A DNA stretch of 63,998 bases, filler included, from Perkinsus olseni (Eukaryota): NCBI GenBank assembly GCA_013115125.1. It is 3 parts of 3 records of this genome, joined end to end, with 100 filler letters (N's around TTAATTAATTAA, not from the genome) between each part and the next. Parts side by side here need not be neighbours in the genome. Positions count along the whole stretch, not along the records: positions 23,210 to 46,149 come from JABANN010000527.1; 2 more parts are not named here. One strand, written 5' to 3'. Of the stretch, positions 26,334 through 37,300 are shown in pieces. The notes beneath the pieces are model-generated. The model saw only the letters and a list, made by a program, of their open reading frames with translations. It made no database searches and was not told the DNA's origin. The translations under genes were made by a program, and so were the position numbers. Within the stretch, counting starts at the first letter, position 1; each line of letters begins with the position of its first letter.

Positions 26334-27099
26334 CGGGATGTTCATGTTTCGTACACCAAATAGTCGTACATTTTCGACTCATGTCTCCAATACTCATACA
26401 CTTCCTAATCGTACACGAAATACTCGTACACCGAATAGTCATACTCAAAATACTCATACACGAGAGATTCGTACATATAAAACTCGTATACATGATGCTC
26501 GTATACGTAATACCGGTACATATAACACCCGTACACATAATAGTCGTACACTTTCAACTCGTATACCAGCATTTCATACACTCTTATTTCGTACACAACC
26601 CCAGTTTCAAGTCGTACACCGTCATCTCGTACACTTCGCGAAAATTTTTTAGGCAAGTCGCGGAGCTGCTCCGCGACTTGCCTAAAAAATTTTCGCGCCG
26701 GCTTCGCAGGCGCTCTCGCACCCCTTAGTGCCACTCTGCTTCCTCCCTGGTAAGGGAGTCCCTGCACATAGGTTTGAACCAGCGGTCTCCCGATCGAGAG
26801 TCCGCTACCTTAAGCACCATACCACTCACACTAATAAACTTTTTCTCACAGAGTGGCGCGAACAGTTCGCTCCCTATAGACAATATAACTTCCTTCGCTC
26901 CGTCATTGCACCCAGCGCGCGGCCCAAAAATGCGACTCAGCAAGCATGGTGTACGAGAAACTTGAGACTCGTACAATACGAATCTCAAGTGTACGAAATG
27001 ACGATGTATGAATCCGATGAGTGAACGAGTACTCAGTGTACGAGCCGTGTACGAAGCGATAGTGTACGAGTTTTCGGTGTACGAATCGTAATACACCCG
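26334..27099. mobile_element. Non-autonomous foldback/MULE-like DNA transposon with tandem-repeat TIRs
   Basis: Termini CGGG...CCCG. A ~15-bp-period TCGTACA array on the left (~26347-26633) is mirrored by an inverted GTACGA array on the right (~26950-27085). Flanks ATACTACGG / AGAGGACGG match 6/9, a possible degenerate 9-bp TSD. Confidence 0.7.
26637..26697. repeat. Perfect palindrome, 30-bp arms, 1-nt centre
   Basis: CGCGAAAATTTTTTAGGCAAGTCGCGGAGC-T-GCTCCGCGACTTGCCTAAAAAATTTTCGCG. Confidence 0.95.
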
Positions 27100-27784
27100 A
27101 GAGGACGGCTTCGGGGTTCGTTCGGCCATCTGCAAGTCCCTGGGGTCCTACTCGTTCAACATTGAGTGATCAAGAAGTACCGAATCACGAGGAAAAGTCG
27201 AGATCAAAGTCGAAAATGTGAGAGATCTAGGTCTTCAAATTGTGTCGATTGATACAGATAGGTTCGATAACTACGTAATGTGCGACCGTGTTTCAGTACT
27301 CCCTGAATATCACCCTGCTTACCGGTGGAGAATAGTACAGTACTACTAGCACTGTGCTAGTAGTACACGTACGCTAGTAGCGTAACGCTACTACTCTAGC
27401 AGTACACCATGTACTCCTGACCCGCCGCATCCGGCTGAAATCACGGGCTATAATTCGGAAACGAACCCTCCCCGAACAATCTGCTTCGAGTAGTCTCTGG
27501 GAGCGACTCAGGATTAACAACGCAAGGATGCTCGGCTGAAGAGCTCTTTCAATCTATCCCAGCTTGCAGCAGATAAGATGGCTCAGAGATACGCTGAGGA
27601 GTTCGGTCCGCCATTTGCAAGCTCCTGACGTCCTTGCTCAACATCGAATGGTCAAGAAGTATTGAATCACGTTGAAAAGTCATGGAATGATAACGGAAAG
27701 CGAACGAGAGATTGAGTTAATCGAAATCTGATTTCGGAATGGTCAAATTCCTGTTGGACTTCTGGGGCGTCCTCGCGCCTTCCT

Positions 27785-28198
27785 CTAACGTGGTGGGAAC
27801 GGAAACGTATAGAGAACGTAACAACGAACACGGTATAGCAAAATGAACATGTTATCAACGTGATTGTAGCGGATTCTCTCCCAGTCCCCGATATTTAGGT
27901 CGAAGGTCGCCGCGAAGGCGATGAAGTTCTCATTTGATGTGTCAAGTTTCAGGACAGACTCATCAGCGTCCACATCATATGGAATGTCACCCGTGATGTA
28001 CCAGTCGTAGAACGGGAATTTCTTCACGAGATACACAGCAGTGATATCCACAGTACCCGCAAGGGCTGTAGCCGAAGGGCTGAAAGTCCAGGCAGTCTGA
28101 AAGCTATCATCACCGGCACTGTAATACACCTTTTTCGGAGGAAAGGCGACCGCCCCGTATGTGAAGGCGACTATCAGCAGGGTCAAGAGGTGAGGCAT
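27785..28198 (-). CDS. Small secreted protein of unknown function (137 aa), intact copy A of the tandem family
   Basis: Signal-peptide-like start MPHLLTLLIVAFTYGAVA, an open intronless frame and two local paralogs. Confidence 0.75.
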   Translation of the reverse strand: MPHLLTLLIVAFTYGAVAFPPKKVYYSAGDDSFQTAWTFSPSATALAGTVDITAVYLVKKFPFYDWYITGDIPYDVDADESVLKLDTSNENFIAFAATFDLNIGDWERIRYNHVDNMFILLYRVRCYVLYTFPFPPR

Positions 28199-30942
28199 AC
28201 GAAGTGGTACACTGCGGAGTCAGGCGGATGGAACCATGAGATTGAGTGTTTCATCGCAACGCAACGTGACTTGCCTAGCACGCAGACACAATAGGCAAGG
28301 CATGTAATGCGTGCGGGTCACATTGGCACGATTGTCTGTACCAGAAATTTCTATACTCGTATCTGTGCTAAGGATTTTTTTCGCACGTTTCATCAAGCAA
28401 CCAAAATACGACACAGCTAGAGATGTCAGTGCACCGACCACTTCAGTGTTTCGACTTAAGACCCCTTATATTGGAAAACCCGACTGTCGGATTACCCTCT
28501 CTGTGCGTAGAAGACACTTCCTACGGATGGGACAGTGGAATGAACTGATTAATGGCTGGGCCTAGGTCAGACGCTTCGGCTCCATCATGAAGCCTGCATG
28601 ATGGGTCCAGCATTTCTGCGACTCCACAGTTGCGAAGAGCTCTACTCTAGAAACAACCTCATGAGCAAGTAGTCCCACACTGCGACGATTGGAATGCGGC
28701 ACGCGCGAACCGAGCTTGCGGGCGTCCCGAAGTCACTGTCCCGGCCGGAGGAGCTATCTGGAGCCACTGGCATACGAGATTCTCGTCACGATATTCCGGT
28801 GATCGGCAGCTTCACCCCTGAAATACCAGTGGAGTGGACTCAAAACGGCTACGTTGACACAGAAACCCCCTCTTCTTGCAACCGACCACGAGCCCTTCAG
28901 TTCCCGAACTTTTCTCGGGGACAGTTCCCCCTAGTGGCTGCGTCACGAGTCTTCGTAAGAATCTGCAGTGCAGATTCTGCAGCCCATCGCTGTTTCTTGG
29001 CTCCTTTGGTAGGGTTTCACTTTCATTACACTTCGGACGCCTTTTCTAGGTTAGAATCACTGCGGAAAGATGATATCGTCCGCCGTGTGTCGGACATGTC
29101 GTGTCCCCGTTATATCTTTCACGCTAGCAAACTGGAAAGCAGCAAGTCGTGTTAGAGTTTTCCGAGTTCACTGCCTCCGGCATGGTTAAGCAATATCCCC
29201 GACGTACTATCACGACGAGATATCCCGGCATAGCAATATCCTCTCCGATATCTATCTTCGAGTAGAAGACTCTCTCCACTCGCACGGTGCGAGTCGCACC
29301 ACGTCATTTCATTCCGATCCCCGTTCTCCCAAAGCAACGGCCACAGTCGAACGGTGCTACGAATATTGCCCTCTAACTCCGCCCTTACCGTATACTATAC
29401 GGCTAGAGAGTCTCTAGCGTTGCCTCCATGTCACCCAGTATCAATGCACGAATTTCTGCGAGAAGTGCTGCGATTTCCTCTCCAAAGCTCGAATGGTTTG
29501 TCCCAGTCGCCAAGTCGGCTGATTTACGCGGCGTAAATTACGCCAACCCGGCCGATACAATTTCTGTAACAGAGATGGAATTTCTATTCCGCCACATAAG
29601 TTACTCCGCTGCAGATTAACTTGATCCGGTTGAGTGAAGGATTGCACGTTCTCTACGTGACGTGGAACATGTCTCTTGGCCAGCGGGGACATGTCTCCTC
29701 ATGCGTAGCTAAGGAAGGCGAAGCTGATTCTGCGTGTCAAGATAACCAGAGCCTTTCTCATGATGCGCACCATCGTCGAAATCTTAATCATCATGTGCCT
29801 ACGTGGCACCCTGTCAGTCATCGAGATCAAAAAGTCTCCCAGAGGAAACTTGTGAGTAGACCCTCGGGGCTTGAGGATACCACGCCCTTATGTTATGGAA
29901 ACATCTGCCTGCACTCATACTTAGATGAAGTGCTGTATACGTGATATCCAATATTACGCATTGCTACTGAGAATCTCAGTCTGAGATGCTCCCTGGTCGA
30001 GTGCCACTCATCTCCACATTAAGTCATAGTCAATTTCTGCCTCAAGCAAGTTCGACTCCAAGTTAGGGCGTACTGCCTTTTTCGGATCAGATTTTTCCCA
30101 ATGTTTCGGTATGACATCTCAGAACCTCTTGCCAAAATTATTTTGGCAAAATGTCCTACGCTTTGAGCCCGAAAGGCTGAGTTAACGTTGTTAATTCAAT
30201 AGTTGTAGGAAGGTACCTCGGAAGCAGCAGTGAAGGTGGGGGTGGTGAATAGGCCAATTATAGGCTCTTGCACTAAACGGTTGCCGGAAAGCTCAACGCA
30301 ACCGACTGTGATTAAAGCTCGGGATTTCATCCAGAACCCCATGCAGTGAGATCTCGATTCCAGATCGGTGTCATAGTTTCGCTCATACTACTACGCGACA
30401 GGGACGTGAATTAAGATACGCTGCTATCGTGATTTACGTTTTGGCTTCATTGGACCGTCCAATTAAAAAAAATCATCTGCCTCATCATCTGCCGTCCAAA
30501 TTGGACCAATTTGAGGCGGTTGAGGTTAGTAACTTTGTAATACCAAGATTTGCAACCAAGGCATGGTGCCTTCAATTGTAAGAGATCTCTCAACGAGACG
30601 CATCACTTTTACTCAGCTCAACAGTTAAGCTTTCGCCGATTCAGCTATTTGCTTATGTGCAAAGCGAAGGACTCGACTCATTGCTGTCCTCTGCCAGATT
30701 CAACATGTGAAGACTATCACCTGCACACCTCAGTAACGACTGTAGCGTCGAATCCAGGCGAGTTATCTGACTCCCCAAGTTCAGAACGGGCATCTGCTGC
30801 TCCTTAGAGGGACGCTCACAGTGGGTGTCATGTGACGTGACGTGACTCACGCCGCCTGTGACGCAACTCTTTGCCAGGATCCAATCACCGAGCTGAGAAG
30901 CTTATGACTGTATCCAAGCAGGGTGCTATCAGTAACCTTCTA

Positions 30943-31786
30943 ATGCAGACCATCGTCGGGATTATATGCTTCGCTTGCCTGAGCGGCGCCATCACTAGTG
31001 ACCGCGCTAAGCGCGGCGCGCTTGCACTATCTCGTTGCAGTAGGTGTAGTTGTAGAACACAACATAAGTAGATTGGGCTCATAGTGAACGAGATAGAGCA
31101 GATAGAAAGGTCGAGTAGTTGAGAGAATGGAGTGATAATGCGAGGCTAGTATGAGCACAGCTCCATTGTGTTATGTAGACAGTGCACGCTCACCTCGAGA
31201 GGTCTCCCAAGGGGTACTCGTAAGTGGAGGAAGAGGTTCCAGATTACTCGTGCTCCCTCTTCAGCATAAGCATGATGCCGTTCGCTGGCCTGTCAAGAGC
31301 TGATATTATCCCTGCAGGTGAGACTCGACTATGCGCAATTTGCATACGCGTTTTCAGACAACTTAACCGGGGCGGACTACGGGAAGCCGATGATGCCGGG
31401 GCACCGCTGCGACAGTGGGAGACTGTTTGGCGGTGGAGTGAGTTGGGGAGTAGCAGCTTCCCATCGCGATGTCTCTATATACTTCTACTCACTCTTTTCG
31501 AGAGGGCGATGGTGTCGTTACTCCGCTTTTCTGCACAGGATTTTGCTGTTTGCGCTCCAGCCTGTAACGTAAGCAGCGATTGCTCCACCCCACCCTTTGG
31601 CACGAAGGCATGCAGTACCGGGCGTTGCTATATGAACTGCACGTCAAATGAAGTACGCAGACCCGGCAGATGGGTTTCCGATCTTCATTTCTGCTCCCTC
31701 AGGAATGCGGAGCGGGCTCCCCAAAAATGGGTTGCATTTGGATGCCGGGCTTGAAGTTGAGTACTTGTATGTATTTAATGAGCTAG
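30943..31786 (+). CDS. Small secreted cysteine-rich protein, multi-exon
   Basis: Signal-like MQTIVGIICFACLSGAIT. Exons ...YGKPMMPGHRCDSG, DFAVCAPACNVSSDCSTPPFGTKACSTGRCYMNCTSNE and ECGAGSPKMGCIW...TCMYLMS* are joined by GT-AG introns. Confidence 0.65.
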
Positions 31787-32024
31787 AACTATTCGGCCCT
31801 AGTTAAACGAAGAGGCCAAGTACGCTTGCCTCTCTGTTAACCATCAACTTTATCGTCTCTCTCTGCTGCGGTTTATACCCAGATGGTGTGCAAAGTTACA
31901 TTCATATGCAACATAAAGCGCGCGATATGATTTTTACTTGCCGATTCAAGTCATGAGTGTTTCGTTGTCTTCCGTGAAATCTGCTCCGTCTCAAGCGGAG
32001 CTCGTGTACTGTAGTTTCACCCTC

Positions 32025-33904
32025 TCAGAACGAGTCTCCCGTTAATAGCAGCTCCACAGCAATCTCCGTTGGAGGGGTATTGTACGCAAGTCCCGGCTCA
32101 CCTCCACCATTCCACTCGATGGTGGAGTTGTGCAATTCCCACAAAGCCAGCTGGTCACTTGAGATCAAGGCTGAGGGCAATCGATTGGCGAGCGTCCCTA
32201 TTGAGTGACTCAACCAGAAGCGAGAATCGTCGAACAACCTCACAAAGCATCGGCATGCGTAGCATCGACTACTGTGACGGTTTGCCGTTGATGAGATGAC
32301 CAAGCTTCGAGTACAACTCCTCCAACTGGTGAGTTGCACCTAATTAACTCTCGGTGAGCTTCTTTCGACTCGCGGTTGCCTCTAAGTACCCCGGCAGCGG
32401 TCACATGAGCAACGAAGCGAACACCCCACCTTCTAGAGCCGCAGCCTGCTTCCTCTCACTCTTATCGATGCCGTCAATCATTACAGCGGGATTCATCTTA
32501 TCTGAGGAACGCCAAGTCCCTGAGGTTTCTTCTGAAAGCTTTCAAGAGGCAATGATAGAAGCATCCTGAACTGAGTTCGTGGATGGCAGCCGAGAGCTTC
32601 GTAGAGAGACCAGAAGCTCATACGCTATCCCAACAACTACGTTCTATATAAACAGATACGCGTGTTTCAACTAGTTGCCAAACTTCAGGGCTCGCACCAC
32701 TCCGAAAAGCATACTACGACTCATAACAGAATTATTCCCAAAGTCTCCCTAAAATGATTGAGATGATTTATGTCGCTATAAAAGGATATGCTACACCGGC
32801 ACCTCTATCAGAAAGACCTACAGTGACGCACCTGAAGTCTTCAGCTACCTGGCTGCACTTCTTATACAACTGCAGGGGCGCACGCCCTACATGGTCATAT
32901 TGCCTACTGCTACACTCAAGCGACTCCTCGGGCGAGAGAGATTGGCTTCTCCGACATCCTCAAAGTGGAGAAAACAAGAATCTTCGAGTTGGCGACCGAA
33001 CCAAACAACAAAAAGTGTTGAGTAAAGCCCGCTTACTCAGTCCGAAGGGCGGTGGAGGTAAACAGCAACGTCGACGAATCGTACTCACCATCCTCATGCG
33101 CTCTCTCCATCAGAGACACTGCTCCATTGTTATCATCCGCATCGTCACCCGCCATGCCAGGTTCCACCAGATGCAGCTGCACAGCCACCAGAGGCTTCTT
33201 GTGTCCATGACGAGACCTTCGCTGCAGGAAAGACTTCGGCGGACCTGCCGAAAGAACTCTGCCGATCCGCGCTGATGCAGCAAACCCACCCTGCTCGTCT
33301 CCAGCTCTGTCCATCGGCTGCATCACCAAAGGCTCCATCAGCTTCGAGCGGGCATTCCTACAACAGGAGCTGCTACCACCAAGCGGATATGCGCCGGTTT
33401 CGGTAAAGTACTGTAGTGATGAATCATCACTGGGAATCATCACTGATGATTCCCTAGTGTTGTCTCCGTAGCTAGCATTCAATTCTATCACCCATGCGCA
33501 GCTTATGACATCTGTTGATTCCTTTAATGGGAAACACTAGTTGGTTATCGGCTTGTTGACAACGGCAGAATCTCTGCGAGGTAGGTGTCAGAGCTCCACC
33601 CGTACTGAAGGCGAGCGACGACTATTGAGAAGGTTGCTTAGTAGATTACGAACGTGCGGGGCACAGAAAAGCATAACAGTAGGAGGCACAGGTACCAGTG
33701 GTACCTACCACAACTTACTCTAATCTCGTTCGAGCGGCATTCAACGACTCCATCAGAGACTCGATATTCAAGCTCCCCTCGGACGCAGGCCTAATCAGAA
33801 TCAACTCTCTATCGGTGATCACAGCCGTGGCGCTACTCGATGGCCGCAACAACTGTCGCGATAACGATGAAGATAATGAGAGTCGCTCCGGAAATGGCAG
33901 ACAT
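32025..33904 (-). CDS. Hypothetical secreted or membrane protein, multi-exon
   Basis: Hydrophobic N-terminus MSAISGATLIIFIVIATVVAA, a long exon at 33033-33491 and a last exon ending IAVELLLTGDSF*. No family was recognised. Confidence 0.5.
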
Positions 33905-34073
33905 GTAGATTCAAAGTAATGGCTAAGTTAAGGCGACCCTCTCTGCTAGATGGCTAACACTCTCCTCGAGCCAGGTATCTCCATCTTCGGCAGCAGCTCT
34001 AAAGACGACCCCTTCGACCAGAGGAGTAATAGACTATAGCTACGTGCTCAGGATTATCGTCTGAGTTCGATAT

Positions 34074-34246
34074 AAAAACCATTGGAGTTTCCCCCGCGAT
34101 ATGAAAAACACTAGTGAAATACGCACTTCACATCGCGAAATTCACACTCGACAAGTCAATAACGCGTGAAACAGCTTAGGTGTTTCTCACTCGCGATGTG
34201 AATGGGAAGCTACTTCGCGTATTACTGGTGAAACTCCATTGATTTT
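34074..34246. mobile_element. MITE-like fold-back element (~175 bp)
   Basis: Terminal inverted repeat AAAACCATTGGAGTTTC / GAAACTCCATTGATTTT (15/17), plus a perfect inner 12-bp IR at 34127-34138 / 34191-34202. It is intergenic. Confidence 0.55.
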
Positions 34247-34312
34247 AGCCCTTATTATCATACCAGGCTCTACCTTAACATTGATATAAATACGATTTGG
34301 TCCCCAATAATT

Positions 34313-37300
34313 TTAAAAATGTGTTAACAGAGGTCGGGAGACAGTGCGCCGCACCGCATTGAATGCTCTGAGTAGGAACTCACAGCCAACCATCTTCGGC
34401 ACGAAAAATGACAGTCCACCCGCTGCCCCGATTGAAGAACGAAACACTGAGTCTGCACGATAAATCATGACGACAACATCATCACAAAATTCGTCTGGCC
34501 GAAGGGCCTGTGAGTATATTTCCAACGCTCCTGTCGCCGTCTGATGAAAGAACTAACCAGTAAGAACAGCCACAGTTGAGACCTTACTCGGAACTTCTTC
34601 TGGTAAAGTCCTGTCGGCTAAAGATTGTGACGTCGTGACACGGCGCCAAAGATACGATCCAGCCACCGGCGGCGCTGCTGGTATGGCGTTCAATCGGAGC
34701 CCCCAATCCTGACCTGAAAAATCTTTCTACTGCGTCAGGGCTCCGAGGCAGACAGCAAGAGGGTAAGGAAACGGAAGGCTCCAAAGTGAGAGACCCCTGG
34801 TAAGCAAGAAAACCTGCGAATAACAGATCACCACGATATGTAGCCTCACCGTCAGTCCACCCGGCAGCAGTGGGGCTTCGCCCAACCCTCTGAGGTCTGT
34901 CAAGTCGTCTCCTGCAAGACCACATGGTAAAACTTAAAAATATTCTTCCATAAAAAAGGAAAATTAAAGCGCGCTCTCAAGATGACACGCAACCACCCAC
35001 CACCATGTCGATCACCCGAGCGACGAGGCCTGATTGGGCTAGTCAGTTCCCACCTGAGCGCGGATGTTGACGAAGCCATTCCAGCAGTCCGGAATTCTCC
35101 ACCGCCAGCGGGTTCGTGCTGAACTCAAACTCTCCCGAAAAACACCAGCCGTTGGATGCTCACTTTCCTACGGCGAGGGGCGCTCGCCGTGAATGGCGTC
35201 TTCAACACGCCCGGCCCCGCCGTTCGACACAGATAAAAGTAGGACGCTTCTAGGGCAGCAATAGACGATCGCAACACATCAGGAGGAGTACCTCTGCGGA
35301 GTTCACTCGGTGAGGAGCCCTCTAGCGCCCGGAATTGATCCAGCGCTGGCGTGCTCTTCGACTGCTGCTTGCCACGAGCTCCTCGAAACTCTCGAACGAC
35401 AGTCTCTGGACTCCCGCCTGATGGGAAGGTGAAAGCGTTCGAGTCCGATCGAAGTTGTCTAGAGCTGATCTAAGCCATTCAAGGTGTGAATATTGAAGCG
35501 GCACCTGGCCCAGTAGATCAGAAAGTAATACAGCTGTCGAATAATGAGCTTCGCGCGTGCAGGTGTGAATTTTAAGCCCATCGCCAATAACCGGCGAAGT
35601 ACGACCAGCCCAGTTTCAAGAGGGGCGAGTTTTTAACTTTAAACTTGAAGTCTAGGCAAGCCTACTGAGCACAGAAAGTGTATTTGAAATGATGTAAGAT
35701 TCGGGAAACACAGCTCTTCCACCCGACTGTATTACTTCTCCTAATGGCGCCAGCGGAAGTGCCCGGCCTGGTCCCAGCGGATTCGTCCGGCCTTCTCAAG
35801 TACTGGCCAAACCCACCGCCGCTCTTGGGACGCATCCTTTCACCTTGTGTAGGGCCTGAGATCGCCCCTGAGTTTAAAGCCACGAGCAACCTCCCTACTG
35901 AGCGTTTCATTTTGTTGGGGGAAGCAGGCCGTCACGCCGGGAGACAATCCCTTCTGTTGATACTCTCCTCGCGGACCAGGTAGTACCGAGGGCAGTCGCT
36001 GAGATCAAAATCGATCAGATGATCGATCTCGCCAAAACCACCCACTTCGAATTCAACCTTCTCCGGTTCTTCTGCTTCTAATACCGGCACCGACTCGGTC
36101 GTATCAAGGCCTTGAGGAACTGAACCGCAGCGGACTCTCCCGATTCACTACGACGTAAATTTACCCTCACGTAATGTCGGCTGCGATGTTGAAGCCCGTC
36201 GGGGACCCTCTGGAGGGCTTCGTACTTCGTACTTCAAAGCACAGCGAACCGTGGTGCGGGCCGGTACATACAGGCGACGACCAGGGCGGAAGTCGAGCTC
36301 CACCATGGGACAGATAGAACCTAAGATACGCTATAGCGATCGCATCGGAATAGTTTCTGACCAGCTTTCATCAGGTCAACGTAGAGGTTCTCCAAGTTAC
36401 TCCTGATGCTGCCCTCTACCCGCAACAAGGCCACCAGTGATGTCGCCTGAGAGATACTCGGTGAATCATACTAACACTACAGGCAATGCAGAGAGCGGAA
36501 AAAAAACTGTACAGCCCGAGAACTTTCCACTTACAACGAGTTAGAGTTTAACTTCATTTATGTGCTTTAATGAAAACCAGACCGCAAACTCGAAAAAAAT
36601 GATTTCACCAATCCCAAGACTAACCTCCGTCACGCGAGAAACCGAGCTCATGCCTTTTCCGAAAAGAAGGCTTCTGCCTTGCTTCGATACAAGGTCCGGG
36701 TAGGATGAATCCTGAGAGAATTTTTTCCCGACAGACACAACGGCAGAGGCAAAACTCACCTGAAGCATCCTCACTATGGCGACTACCCTCATCAGCTCAC
36801 TGCGGACCAAATCAAATACCATCTCCCGCAGTTCTCCTAGCCGCCTCAGCCGATCCAAGACGCCTGTCGCAACAAATTCGGATTTTTTCCGCCCGAAAAT
36901 TCTCACTTTTCACAAGTCTGGTAAACCTGTGAACTCTCGTCATGCCGTCGCCGTACCCGAACGGAGGCTTCCTCGCAGCATGCAGGACGTCCATGTACCC
37001 CTCCCAAACCGTCCGCGCCAGAAGGTCCAGCTCCTGAGCGGGCAATGCGCATCCGAAGAGACGAATCTTTCGCTCACTTCCAGCTCCATCTTGAAGACAT
37101 CCACTGGCCCATCTCTCTCGTCGGGAGGTGTCCACGCCATGAAGAAACCAGCGTCATCAGACAGGCCTGAAGAGAATTTCCTCCGCCGGGAATCGAACCC
37201 GGGACCTCCGGCATCTTACCCGATATACAGGTCTGAACGGCAGTGCCACTACCATCATCAGCTTCGCTAAACTCTTCATCCGGGAATCCCGATTTCCTCC

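Noticed and set aside
26221-27135. Overlapping Thr/His/Tyr-rich ORFs, or a CRISPR-like array
   Set aside because: These are translations of the 15-bp TCGTACA array. The repeats are too short for CRISPR, they are inverted at the far end, and no cas genes are present.
34313-36500. Possible decayed retrotransposon gag region
   Set aside because: The fragments are bounded by GT-AG signals and chain onto the coiled-coil gene. No zinc knuckle, RT or LTR was seen.
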